64,000 bases of DNA from Candidatus Bathyarchaeota archaeon (lineage in GTDB: Archaea; Thermoproteota; Bathyarchaeia; Bathyarchaeales; Bathycorpusculaceae). A model generated the notes under the pieces. The model made no database searches and was not told the origin of the DNA. It worked only from the letters and a program-made list of their open reading frames with translations. Positions 10,117-20,201 of the stretch are shown in pieces (positions within the stretch are counted from its first letter, which is position 1; each line of letters starts with the position of its first letter). The translations under genes were made by a program, and so were the position numbers. The stretch is from NCBI GenBank assembly GCA_963715865.1, contig OY970280.1, positions 896,001 to 960,000 on the forward strand, given 5' to 3'.

Positions 10117-11674
10117 CATAGACATTATCAACGTAATCGAATCCAAGCTTAAGGATAAAGTCCAAATTCAAATAGGGCAACTTAGCACAGCCACAATAAT
10201 TACCAACAATGGCTTGCACAGAGACGTACTTAAAGCTATGATGGACGCAGACGAGAAAACCGCCATTATAACCATCACAGGCATAGACTTGGGCGCAAAC
10301 ATCGGCGTCTACTACCATGTACGCACATCAAATGCTTTCCTAACAATCAAAGCTGAGGTTCCCAAAGACAATCCCAAAATCCAAACAATAACCGACATCA
10401 TTCCAGGTGCGGTCTTCCACGAAATGGAAGTAATGGACCTTTTAGGCGTAGTCTTCGAGGGGCATCCAAACCCAGGGCGGATTGTCTTACCAGAAAATTG
10501 GCCACAAGGCGTTTACCCGCTTAGAAAAGATTTTAAAGCAAGCGAGGTTAAGCTGGAGCCTCCCAAGGCAGAAGCTAAGACTTCAGATGAAGAAAAACTC
10601 GTAAAAATTATCATTGGTCCTCAGCATCCTGCACTATTGGAGCCAGAAAAATTCGCCGTAACAGTTGACGGCGAAACCGTAACTAATGTTATACCTAGAA
10701 TCGGCTATGTACACCGGGGTGTAGAAAAAGCATCTGAATCCCGCACTTACCTTCAGGATGTTTACTTATGTGAGCGTATCTGCGGCATATGCAACAGCAT
10801 ACACGCTTGTGCCTTCGTTGAAACTGTTGAAAAAATATTAAAAACTGAGATCCCGCCAAGAGCCAAGTACCTGCGAGTAATAACTTTAGAACTTAACAGG
10901 CTACATAGCCACTTATTAACACTGGGTCATGCCGGGCTAGAAATTGGTTACGAAACTTTGTTCCAGTACTTCTGGCGCGACCGTGAACCAATCATGGATT
11001 TAATTGAGTTAACTAGCGGCAACCGTGTTTTATCATCAGTCATGACTGTAGGCGGTGTGAGACGAGACCTAAAAGACAGCGATATACCTAAAATCAAGAC
11101 AACCTTGGCGGATCTAAGAAAGAAATTGCCGTTCTACAGGCAAATCTACGAAAACGAGCCTTCAATAAAGATGCGTATGAAAAAGGTAGGCACACTCAAA
11201 AGAGAAGATGCATTGAAACTTTGCGTTGTTGGTCCAGTAGCCCGAGGATCAGGCGTTGACATTGATGTGCGTAAGGATGAGCCTTACGAGGTGTATGGCG
11301 AGATTCCATTCAAAGAAATAGTTTACACCGCTGGCGATACATGGGCGAGAATGAATGTCCGTATGGATGAAGTTGAAGAAAGCATCAACATAATCGAATA
11401 TGCAATCGACCACTTACCAACAGGACCATTCAGAGTTAAGGCGCCCAGGGTTGTGCCTGCAGGCGAAGCGGTAAACCGCGTTGAAGCTCCAAGAGGCGAA
11501 CTATTCTACTACATTAAAAGCAACGGCACGGCTTTTCCAGAACGCGTTAAAGTGCGCACTCCAACTTTCTCTAATATTCCAGCTTTCCTCAAAACAGCAA
11601 TAGGTGAGAACATAGCTGACATTCCTCCAAACTTTGTTAGCTTAGACCCATGCTTCTCATGCACTGACAGGTAA
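10085..11674 (+). CDS. Fused NuoC-like domain plus group 4 [NiFe] hydrogenase large subunit
   Basis: GHPNP...YPLRKD (NuoC), GPQHP, ERICGICNSIH and C-terminal DPCFSCTDR Ni-binding motifs; ATG near 10105 is the more likely start. Confidence 0.92.
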   Translation: MRRQKQMPSSNIDIINVIESKLKDKVQIQIGQLSTATIITNNGLHRDVLKAMMDADEKTAIITITGIDLGANIGVYYHVRTSNAFLTIKAEVPKDNPKIQTITDIIPGAVFHEMEVMDLLGVVFEGHPNPGRIVLPENWPQGVYPLRKDFKASEVKLEPPKAEAKTSDEEKLVKIIIGPQHPALLEPEKFAVTVDGETVTNVIPRIGYVHRGVEKASESRTYLQDVYLCERICGICNSIHACAFVETVEKILKTEIPPRAKYLRVITLELNRLHSHLLTLGHAGLEIGYETLFQYFWRDREPIMDLIELTSGNRVLSSVMTVGGVRRDLKDSDIPKIKTTLADLRKKLPFYRQIYENEPSIKMRMKKVGTLKREDALKLCVVGPVARGSGVDIDVRKDEPYEVYGEIPFKEIVYTAGDTWARMNVRMDEVEESINIIEYAIDHLPTGPFRVKAPRVVPAGEAVNRVEAPRGELFYYIKSNGTAFPERVKVRTPTFSNIPAFLKTAIGENIADIPPNFVSLDPCFSCTDR

Positions 11675-11680
11675 CAATGA

Positions 11681-12670
11681 ATGATTGACTTCGACCTAAT
11701 CTTCCGAATACTTGTCTTCCCCGGCTTCACATTCATACTATTGTTAACTTTATTCTGCGATTGGCTTGAGCGAAAACTCGAAGCCCGCATACAAAACCGT
11801 GTTGGCCCCATGGTCGCAGGACCAGCTGGAATTCTCCAGCCGTTAGCAGACTTCATAAAGCTATTAACAAAAGAAGACATTGAACCAAGAGACGCAAAGA
11901 AAACAATCTTTAAGTTTGCACCCCTCGTAGCGTTCACAATTATGGTTTTCGCAACATGCTTCTTGCCCATTGATGGTGCAAGCGTACTTTCCGCCAGCGG
12001 GTTCAATGGTGATTTAATCATTATTTTGGCACTTGTTACAATTGCTAACTTTCTATTGTTCCTTTCTGGATGGGCATCCTGCAACCCTTATGGCTCTATT
12101 GGCTCAGCAAGGGTGTTAACCCAGTTCCTAGGGTATGATATACCGCTTTCCCTGCTCGCATTAACACCAGCATTTATCGCTGGAAGCTTAAGCATTGCAG
12201 TCATAGCTTCAAGCCAGATTATCCCATTCATAATTTTGGCGCCATGGGCTTTCGTGTTGTTCATAATAACTATGCAGGCAGAACTGGAAAAAGATCCCTT
12301 TGACATTCCGCATGCAGATAGTGAAGTGGTCGGTGGATTAGAAACCGAGTACACAGGCGGCAAACTAGCCTTTCTTCACTTAACGCGTGACGTGCAAATC
12401 GTTTTTGGAGCGGCATTAGTAGTTGAATTGTTCCTTGGCGGGCCATACGGGCCAGTATTCTTTGGGTTCCCAGCGTTCTGGTACTCTTTGTGGTTTGTGC
12501 TGAAACTGTTAGCGGTCGTAGTAGTCACCGAGTACATTTCATGTGTATTTGCGAGGTTGCGCATTGACCAGGTATTGTCAGCTAACTGGAAAATACTCTT
12601 GCCCTCAGCATTATTATCGCTAATGCTAACCGTAGCATTGGTTACATGGATTTATCCAATGGTGGTGTAA
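11681..12670 (+). CDS. NuoH-like membrane subunit
   Basis: ERKLEARIQNRVGP, QPLADFIKL, PFDIPHADSEVVGG. Confidence 0.92.
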   Translation: MIDFDLIFRILVFPGFTFILLLTLFCDWLERKLEARIQNRVGPMVAGPAGILQPLADFIKLLTKEDIEPRDAKKTIFKFAPLVAFTIMVFATCFLPIDGASVLSASGFNGDLIIILALVTIANFLLFLSGWASCNPYGSIGSARVLTQFLGYDIPLSLLALTPAFIAGSLSIAVIASSQIIPFIILAPWAFVLFIITMQAELEKDPFDIPHADSEVVGGLETEYTGGKLAFLHLTRDVQIVFGAALVVELFLGGPYGPVFFGFPAFWYSLWFVLKLLAVVVVTEYISCVFARLRIDQVLSANWKILLPSALLSLMLTVALVTWIYPMVV

Positions 12671-12671
12671 A

Positions 12672-13049
12672 ATGGCGAAAAAATCCCGTGTATCTCCAAT
12701 GTTTAAAAGAGCTGTATCGCATATCTTTACCAAACCAGCAACAACCAAGTATCCCTTTGTGAAACCAACGCTTCCCGATGACTTCCGAGGCCAACAAGTG
12801 TACGACATTAAATTATGCATCAGTTGCGGTCTATGCAGCCGAGATTGCCCTGCAAAAGCAATTGAAATGGTTGAAGTTGAAGGCAAAAGGCGCCCACAAT
12901 TCAAGCTGGACCAATGCATTTTCTGTTACCAATGTGCTGAAAGCTGCCCTAGAAACGCAATTAAAAGCTCAGTGTTCTACGAGTTAGCCACAACCGATAA
13001 ATCCTCATTAGTCCTAAAGCCTCAAGCAAGTGTTCAAAAAGGTGCATAA
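12672..13049 (+). CDS. NuoI-like 2x[4Fe-4S] subunit
   Basis: CISCGLCSRDCP and CIFCYQCAESCP. Confidence 0.92.
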   Translation: MAKKSRVSPMFKRAVSHIFTKPATTKYPFVKPTLPDDFRGQQVYDIKLCISCGLCSRDCPAKAIEMVEVEGKRRPQFKLDQCIFCYQCAESCPRNAIKSSVFYELATTDKSSLVLKPQASVQKGA

Positions 13050-13051
13050 CA

Positions 13052-13513
13052 ATGATCCTTGAAGCCCTCTCAATAGGCTTAATAGTTTCCGCTTGCCTAG
13101 CCCTGTTTCTCGATGAAGCCGTTTATTCTGTTGCCGCTTTGGCAGGAACTTTTCTTTTTACAGCATTAATTTACGTGTTAAACGGCGCGGTTTTTGTAGC
13201 AATTTTCCAGTTTGCGGTTGGTGTAGGCACGTTAGCCATCCTGTTTTTATCAGGAGAAATGTTGAGTGATAAACCAACAAAGAAAACCTCGCCTAAAAAC
13301 ACCGTAGCCTTGATTGGTACAGGAGTAGTTCTATCGTTACCAGCAATTTTCCTTTCCGTTTCAGGTTCAGCGGGTTCGGGTTCCAATGTTTCTTTTGGTG
13401 ATGCCTTATGGAACCTAAGAGGCGTGGATGTTATTTTGCAAGGCTTAGTTATTTTGACGTTGGCGTTAGGAATCGCTATCGTCTTGTATGAGAAGAAGAA
13501 CGGTGGAAAATAA
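13052..13513 (+). CDS. NuoJ-like membrane subunit
   Basis: Hydrophobic, LWNLRGVD motif, operon position. Confidence 0.75.
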   Translation: MILEALSIGLIVSACLALFLDEAVYSVAALAGTFLFTALIYVLNGAVFVAIFQFAVGVGTLAILFLSGEMLSDKPTKKTSPKNTVALIGTGVVLSLPAIFLSVSGSAGSGSNVSFGDALWNLRGVDVILQGLVILTLALGIAIVLYEKKNGGK

Positions 13514-13827
13514 TGGACTTTGTAATTTTATCGCTGGCAATGCTGGCAATCGGCATCTACGGCTTGCTAACCAAACGGCAACTCTTGAAAGTGTTCATTT
13601 CTATTGAGTTAATCGCTACTGGTGCAACGTTGAATTTTGTGACGCTTGCTTCTGCCATGGGTAAAGGTTTAGGCGAAGCGTTTCTGATCTTGGCGTTTTC
13701 TACAGATACTGCCGTTAGTGCGGTAATTTTGGCGTTGCTTGTTATTGTATCGAAAAAGTATGGAACAAGTGACATCAGTGAAATAATAAAGATGGAAGAT
13801 AAAGATGAAAGTGAGGCTGAACTATAG
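13513..13827 (+). CDS. NuoK-like membrane subunit
   Basis: IGIYGLLTKRQLLKVFISIEL. Confidence 0.85.
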   Translation: MDFVILSLAMLAIGIYGLLTKRQLLKVFISIELIATGATLNFVTLASAMGKGLGEAFLILAFSTDTAVSAVILALLVIVSKKYGTSDISEIIKMEDKDESEAEL

Positions 13828-15815
13828 TGTTGCTTGATAATGTTTCTTCGTGGCTCGTTTGGATACTACCACTCGTTTCCAGCCTGTTCGTTCCACTATT
13901 CGCAAAATACAGCGCTAAAGCCCGAAACTACTTCGTTATAGCAGTCTCTGTGGTTACTGCTGGCTTGGCGCTTTCTCTTGTACCAAGCGTCTTTTTCGGC
14001 TCTGGGCAAGCTACAGGCACATCAGTTGCTTGGATTGCAGGCATCAACGCTGGCGTATTCATTGATCCACTCAGCGTCTTATTCACTACACTTGTTGCCT
14101 TCTTCGGCTTAATCATTGTTGTCTACTCGTTAGGTTACATGGCAGGGGAAGAAGGATTAACACGATACTACTTCTTGCTTATGCTCTTCATCGGTTCAAT
14201 GATAGGCCTTGTAATATCAGATAATCTCCTTCAAATGTTTATTTTCTGGGAAATGGTAGGCTTATGCTCTTACGCGTTAATTTCTTTCTGGTACAAACGA
14301 CCCGAAGCAGTAAATGCAGGTGTTAAAGTTTTCATTATGACCCGCATCGGCGATGCGTCCCTGCTTGCAGCCATAGGCATCCTTTACGCGACTTTCGGAA
14401 CTTTCAGCTTTCATGGAATAATAAGCGACATCCAATCAGCCGCGGCAGCAGGAACTTTGAATACTGGACTCATGGTTACCGTTGCCTTCTTGGTTTTGGG
14501 AGGCGCTATCGCAAAGTCAGCTCAGCTCCCATTGTTCACTTGGCTCTATAGCGCAATGGAGGCGCCAACCTCAGTCAGCGCCCTCCTCCACGCTGCCACA
14601 ATGGTTAAGGCAGGTATATACCTTATTGCAAGATTCATCCTCATAGCCGCAGCAGCCGCACCCCTAATGATCGCGCTTCAACCGCTCTGGTTGCCAACAG
14701 TCGCCTGGGTGGGCGTCTTAACGGCGCTTGTCGGTGCTACGCTGGCTTTTACCACTACCGATATCAAAGGAGTTCTCGCATACTCAACTGTTAGTCAACT
14801 CGGTTTCATGATGGCTGCTTTAGGTTCGGCTCTTACGGGACCTTCATCTGTCGGCTGGTTTGCCAGTTTATTCCACATGATGAGCCACGCTTTCTTCGAA
14901 GGTCTCGGATTCCTCTTGGCAGGAGGCATCATACATGCACTTGGCACTAGAGACATGCGGTTGATGGGTGGCTTAAGGAAAGCTATGCCCGTCACCTTCA
15001 TTTTGGCTCTGATAATGGTAATAACTACGAGTGGTTTGCCTCCTTTTGCCGCATTCTTTAGCAAAGGCTTAATCATCACAAGCGTAACCGACGCAGGAAA
15101 CCTCATACAAATAATCCTGATCTATGCCACAACAGCAATTACGTTTGCTTACAGCCTGCGGTTCTTAACCCTTATTTTCATGGGCAAAGAATCAGAACAC
15201 TTAGTTAAACAGCATCCCCATGAAGCTCCAAAAGTCATGCTATACCCAGCTGTAATACTTGCAGGTTTATGCATCGTTTGGGGTGTCGCTGAGCCTTTGG
15301 TAGCGAGCTTTATGCATGTGGACATTGGAGTTACACTGTTGGGCTCATTTGTTAGCTTGGAAACACCTATTTTCCTAGCCCTTCTCCTACCGACTGGCTT
15401 AATTATATATCTAACTTACTACAAGAACAATCAAACTATGAGGAATATTGCGGCAAGCAAAAATCCAATATCTGCTCTCCTAAGTCACGGTTACTTCTTT
15501 GACGATTTTTACGGAGTAGTAGCAAAAGGAGTCGCACGTTTCTCTGGTGGTTTGCGACGCTTTGAGGATTCTTTGTTTAGCCGCTTTCCACAACTGGTAG
15601 CATCATCAGTTACTCATACTGCTAATTTGGTTCAAAAATACCTTGACGTTTTAGCGGATCAATTACTAAACATCTTGGCAATTAGGACATTGCGAGGCGC
15701 TTCAAAGTTGAAAAAGGTGCCATCTTCATCGCTTCAACACTATGTAGCTGCTGCAGTACTTGGTTTCGTCCTAATCGTAGTGCTGATAATATTGACGGTA
15801 GGTATAAGGGTGTAA
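13827..15815 (+). CDS. NuoL-like antiporter subunit
   Basis: FWEMVGLCSYALI, AKSAQLPLF, AMEAPTSVSALLHAATMV. Confidence 0.92.
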   Translation: MLLDNVSSWLVWILPLVSSLFVPLFAKYSAKARNYFVIAVSVVTAGLALSLVPSVFFGSGQATGTSVAWIAGINAGVFIDPLSVLFTTLVAFFGLIIVVYSLGYMAGEEGLTRYYFLLMLFIGSMIGLVISDNLLQMFIFWEMVGLCSYALISFWYKRPEAVNAGVKVFIMTRIGDASLLAAIGILYATFGTFSFHGIISDIQSAAAAGTLNTGLMVTVAFLVLGGAIAKSAQLPLFTWLYSAMEAPTSVSALLHAATMVKAGIYLIARFILIAAAAAPLMIALQPLWLPTVAWVGVLTALVGATLAFTTTDIKGVLAYSTVSQLGFMMAALGSALTGPSSVGWFASLFHMMSHAFFEGLGFLLAGGIIHALGTRDMRLMGGLRKAMPVTFILALIMVITTSGLPPFAAFFSKGLIITSVTDAGNLIQIILIYATTAITFAYSLRFLTLIFMGKESEHLVKQHPHEAPKVMLYPAVILAGLCIVWGVAEPLVASFMHVDIGVTLLGSFVSLETPIFLALLLPTGLIIYLTYYKNNQTMRNIAASKNPISALLSHGYFFDDFYGVVAKGVARFSGGLRRFEDSLFSRFPQLVASSVTHTANLVQKYLDVLADQLLNILAIRTLRGASKLKKVPSSSLQHYVAAAVLGFVLIVVLIILTVGIRV

Positions 15816-15820
15816 AAGAA

Positions 15821-17341
15821 ATGCCGTTTGCTCTGCTGTCAGTATTTCTGATTCCGGCTATAGGCACACCATTTGTATACTTTGCTGGAAAGAAATCGCC
15901 CAAAGCTGCAGCCATCTTAATAGCCCTGATTGCTATTGTTAACATAGCGCTTGTTCTAACAACTGTTCCAACTGTTCTTAACAGCCCCGATCACCGCTAT
16001 GTAGAATCTTACACGTGGATTACAATATTAAATACATCATTCACACTTTTCGTCGATGGAATTAGTGTTTCAATTGCCCTCATAAGCCTTATTCTTATTC
16101 TGGCTGCGGCTCTTTTCTCAATAAACTACATGGCTGAAAAAAAGAACCTACCCGCGTACTATGCACTTTTATGCATGCTTTCAATCGGTTTAGTGGGGGT
16201 TTTCTTGACATCTAACCTTCTGCTCTTCTACTTCTGTTGGGAACTAATGCTCGTCCCAGCCTACTTCATCATAGGCGGATGGGGTTATAAAGACTCATAC
16301 AAGGCAGCATTCAAACTCTTCATATTCACACATGCAGGCGCCGTCTTCGTACTCCTAGGTATCGGCACAATTTACATGGCAACAGGAACCACTGACATGT
16401 TTGCAGCTCAAACCGCCTTAATGACGGCTAGCCCAGATATTGTCAAGTGGGTTCTTATCGCCTTAACCGCAGGATTTGCCGTTAAAATGGCCGTCGTGCC
16501 AGTCCACATGTGGCTTCCCGATGCTCACTCGGAAGCTCCAGCACCAATGTCAGCGCTATTAAGCGGTGTCATAATTAGCGCAGGAGCTTACGCAATTCTT
16601 CGCCTTTCACTGGGAATGGTTTTCCCAGCAGTTGGAATAACATTCGGAACAAACTTCCTGCATGCCTTAGCAATCCTCGGCATAATATCCGCTTTCTTCG
16701 GATCGCTAATAGCATTGGTTGAAACCGACATAAAACGGCTTATCGCCTACTCAAGCATCGCCCACATGGGTTACATAATGTTCGGTCTCTCACTGTTTCC
16801 CGTTAGCGTGGCCGCTGGAACAGCAGTAGTACTAATTTCAGCAATAGCCATCACAGGTACAGTGCTTCACATTATCAGCCACGCAGTAAGCAAAGGTCTT
16901 TTCTTCCTTTCTGCAGGAGCAGTGATGCATCAAACTGAAACCAGGGACATCCGTGAAATGGGCGGTTTAGCCGGTAAGATGCCGTTTACAGGTGTTTCAG
17001 CAGCTACAGCAGCCTTAAGCATAGCTGGAGCACCCCCGTTCGCATGCTTCATTAGCGAATTTCTAATATTTATCGGCGCTTTTCAAATAATAAAGACTGA
17101 TGGTTTCTACCTGTTACCCACTGCTCTTATGCTCGTAGCAACGGTGCTTTCGCTTGCTTACGCGCTAAGATTTATTTCACGTGTTTTCCTTGGACAATCA
17201 AAGAATGGAGAGGAAAAGAAAATCTTTGAGGTACCAAACTACATGAAAGTATCTTTGGCCATCTTAGTAGTTTTAGTCATCCTTATAGGAATCTACCCAA
17301 CCTTCTTCCTAAATTTAATTCAAACAGTAAAATTTGGTTAA
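15821..17341 (+). CDS. NuoM-like antiporter subunit
   Basis: FCWELML, HMWLPDAHSEAP, KRLIAYSSIAHMG. Confidence 0.92.
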   Translation: MPFALLSVFLIPAIGTPFVYFAGKKSPKAAAILIALIAIVNIALVLTTVPTVLNSPDHRYVESYTWITILNTSFTLFVDGISVSIALISLILILAAALFSINYMAEKKNLPAYYALLCMLSIGLVGVFLTSNLLLFYFCWELMLVPAYFIIGGWGYKDSYKAAFKLFIFTHAGAVFVLLGIGTIYMATGTTDMFAAQTALMTASPDIVKWVLIALTAGFAVKMAVVPVHMWLPDAHSEAPAPMSALLSGVIISAGAYAILRLSLGMVFPAVGITFGTNFLHALAILGIISAFFGSLIALVETDIKRLIAYSSIAHMGYIMFGLSLFPVSVAAGTAVVLISAIAITGTVLHIISHAVSKGLFFLSAGAVMHQTETRDIREMGGLAGKMPFTGVSAATAALSIAGAPPFACFISEFLIFIGAFQIIKTDGFYLLPTALMLVATVLSLAYALRFISRVFLGQSKNGEEKKIFEVPNYMKVSLAILVVLVILIGIYPTFFLNLIQTVKFG

Positions 17342-17357
17342 ATCTAGGTGAAATCCA

Positions 17358-18857
17358 ATGGTTGAAATTATAGACATTATATTACCAATAATCACTTTAG
17401 TTATCTCAGCATTACTAACCATTCCAGTATTCAGAATAATAAGAAAAAGCAATCACAAGACTGCCTTAACCCTCGGCTGGTTCATATCTGTCTATATAAT
17501 TGCAGGTGCAGCCGTCGCAAACCTAGCATTAAAATATTACAGTACACCATCACCATCCATTCTTAACCTAACATTAAACAATAATGCACTCTCAACATTT
17601 TCAAGCGCTTTCATGGTAGATGCCATTTCAGTTTACATGGCAATAATCATAGTAGCAATCAGCTCAATAGTCCTAATCTATACCGTATTCTTTGTAGGCT
17701 CAAATGACCGACCGTCAGAACGATACTTCGCCGTCATGCTAATGGTTACAGCGGTTTTGCTGGGCGCTGTCCTTTCAGGCGATCTACTAACACTTTTCAT
17801 ATTCTGGGAAGCCGCAGCAGCAGGTGCAGGCTTCTTAATGCTGTATAAGAAAAACGCGTTAACTTTGAATGCCACATTAAAGTATCTGGTCATGGTTATC
17901 ATTGCTTCAGCATTCATAGTTTTTGGGCTTTCAGTCGTTTACGGGTTAACCGGAAGCCTAAACTTCTTGGCTGTTCGGCAAGCCTTGATATCTTTACCTA
18001 ATAAAAACCTGCTTATCATAGCCTTCATATTCATAGCAGCTGGCTACGCCATTGAATCTGCAATTGTGCCTTTCCACTTCTGGCTACCTGATGCTTATAC
18101 TGCGGCTCCTGCAACCTCATCGGCTTTCCTCTCAGCCCTCGTTGACCAAGGCAGCTACTACATTCTAATCAGAGTGCTAGTATTTATTCTAACTCCGTCT
18201 GGAGTGTTAAATTGGACTTTCATGTTAGCCATCATGGCAGCGTTAACCATGGTTGTCGGCAACTTGTTTGCATTAATACAGAATAACGTGAAACGTTTAA
18301 TAGCAAACATCTGCGTTGCTGACGTCGGCTACAACCTTGTAGCAATAACAAGCGTAACCTCACTTGGCTTAGTGGGCAACCTTTACTTCTTCCTAATAGG
18401 CGGTATAACTACAGCGCTCGCTTTCATGGCCGTCGGCATCATAAACAGTCATGGATTCAAAACCTTAGAAGATTTCTCGGGGCTAGGTAAGAAAATGCCC
18501 CTTGTAAGTTTAGCCTTGGTTATGGCTGGGCTGTCGTTTGCAGGAGTTCCACCTTTCGGAGGATTTTTGGCTAAGTACTTAGTTTTCACCGCAGCAATCG
18601 AAGCGAACCTAAGCTGGCTAGCGGTTATAGGCGTTTTGACGAGTGTCCTTCAAACCGCGTACTTGTTCAGGCTGATAAATGTCATGTATGCAAAGAACCC
18701 CAAAGACGAGACGGTGATAAAAGAATCCAAAGGGTTACTTATCCCAATCTTCATCTTAGTTGCTGCAATAATAATCTTGGGACTATACCCAGAAATCGTT
18801 TTCAAGCTAATTCAGCCAGTGGTAAACCAACTACCATTCCTAACACCAACACTATAG
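17358..18857 (+). CDS. NuoN-like antiporter subunit
   Basis: PFHFWLPDAY, AGVPPFGGFLAK. Confidence 0.9.
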   Translation: MVEIIDIILPIITLVISALLTIPVFRIIRKSNHKTALTLGWFISVYIIAGAAVANLALKYYSTPSPSILNLTLNNNALSTFSSAFMVDAISVYMAIIIVAISSIVLIYTVFFVGSNDRPSERYFAVMLMVTAVLLGAVLSGDLLTLFIFWEAAAAGAGFLMLYKKNALTLNATLKYLVMVIIASAFIVFGLSVVYGLTGSLNFLAVRQALISLPNKNLLIIAFIFIAAGYAIESAIVPFHFWLPDAYTAAPATSSAFLSALVDQGSYYILIRVLVFILTPSGVLNWTFMLAIMAALTMVVGNLFALIQNNVKRLIANICVADVGYNLVAITSVTSLGLVGNLYFFLIGGITTALAFMAVGIINSHGFKTLEDFSGLGKKMPLVSLALVMAGLSFAGVPPFGGFLAKYLVFTAAIEANLSWLAVIGVLTSVLQTAYLFRLINVMYAKNPKDETVIKESKGLLIPIFILVAAIIILGLYPEIVFKLIQPVVNQLPFLTPTL

Positions 18858-18959
18858 GAAACGGGTTACACAAAAAAAGCCGAATGCTATGACCATAATC
18901 AATTGGGCTACTATTCTAACGGCTAATTCTAACAAGCTCTGCCTATAAGGTAGGGCAAG

Positions 18960-20201
18960 TTATTTTCTGATTTGCCCATTACCAAAAATAACATATTTTG
19001 TCGTCGTCAAGTGTTGCACGCTCATGGGTCCTCTTACGTGAAGTTTCTGAGTGCTGATGCCTATTTCTGCGCCTAAACCAAACTGGTTCCCATCAGTAAA
19101 CCGTGTGGATGCGTTCCAGTAGACAGCGGCAGAATCCACTTCCCGCATGAACCGCAAAGCCTTGTCAAAGTCGTTTGTAAGAATGGAATCTGAGTGTTTA
19201 GTTCCATACTTGTTGATGTGCTTAATTGCTTCATCCAAGTCTTTCACGACTTTTACGCCCATAATTAAGTCCAAGTATTCGGTGTACCAGTCCTGTTCAG
19301 TTGCAAGTTTCACGTCTGCAACAATTTTTCGGGTTTCTTCGTCGCCTCTAATTTCCACGCCTTGCTTTCTGAGCGCAGCAATCACAACTGGCAAGTAGCG
19401 CTCTGCGATTTTGCTGTGAACCAAGAGTTTTTCTGCGGCGTTGCAGGTTCCTGGCCTTTGGCATTTAGCGTTTATGACTATGGGTGTTGCTTTATCTAAG
19501 TCAGCGTCTTCTTCAACGTAAACATGGCAGTTGCCAGTTCCTGTTTCAATAACTGGAATTCGCGAAGTCTCAACCACAGTCTTGATTAAGTCTGCGCCTC
19601 CACGAGGAATAAGCACGTCAATGTATTCGCGCATACGCATCAGTTCTTCTGCAACCTTGCGTTCAGGAGAATTCACCACTTGAACCGCGTCAACTGGAAC
19701 ATTTGTTCCCGCCAAAGCTTCTCTAAGCACATCGCCAATGGCTACGTTCGAGTTTAAAGCGTCTGAGCCGCCTCGAAGGATAACTGCGTTTCCAGATTTT
19801 ATGCAGATTCCCGCCGAATCCGAAGTGACATCTGGGCGTGATTCGTAAATTACTCCTACAACACCTAAAGGCACGCGAACTTGGCTGATTATCAAGCCAT
19901 TTGGCCGTGTCCAACTGCTTATGATTGTGCCGATTGGGTCAGCTAAGGCTGAGACTTCCCTTAAGCCGCGAGCCATAGTTTGTATTTTGCGCTGGTCTAG
20001 TGCTAACCGGTCAAGTAATGCTGTTTTGAGCCCTTTGGCTTTGGCAGCTTCTACATCTGCTTGATTTGCAGCCAAAATTTTATCAGCATTAGCTTCAAGA
20101 GCGTTAGCCATCCTGCAAAGTGCAGTGTTTTTTGTTTCCGCCGAAAGCTTTGCCATTTCGACTGAGGCTGCTTTTGCTTTTTTGCATATTTCGGTTATCA
20201 T
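18960..20201 (-). CDS. proA: Gamma-glutamyl phosphate reductase
   Basis: IYESRP, LRGGS, GNCHVYV, CNAAEKL, GAEIGISTQKLHVRGP. Confidence 0.96.
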   Translation of the reverse strand: MITEICKKAKAASVEMAKLSAETKNTALCRMANALEANADKILAANQADVEAAKAKGLKTALLDRLALDQRKIQTMARGLREVSALADPIGTIISSWTRPNGLIISQVRVPLGVVGVIYESRPDVTSDSAGICIKSGNAVILRGGSDALNSNVAIGDVLREALAGTNVPVDAVQVVNSPERKVAEELMRMREYIDVLIPRGGADLIKTVVETSRIPVIETGTGNCHVYVEEDADLDKATPIVINAKCQRPGTCNAAEKLLVHSKIAERYLPVVIAALRKQGVEIRGDEETRKIVADVKLATEQDWYTEYLDLIMGVKVVKDLDEAIKHINKYGTKHSDSILTNDFDKALRFMREVDSAAVYWNASTRFTDGNQFGLGAEIGISTQKLHVRGPMSVQHLTTTKYVIFGNGQIRK

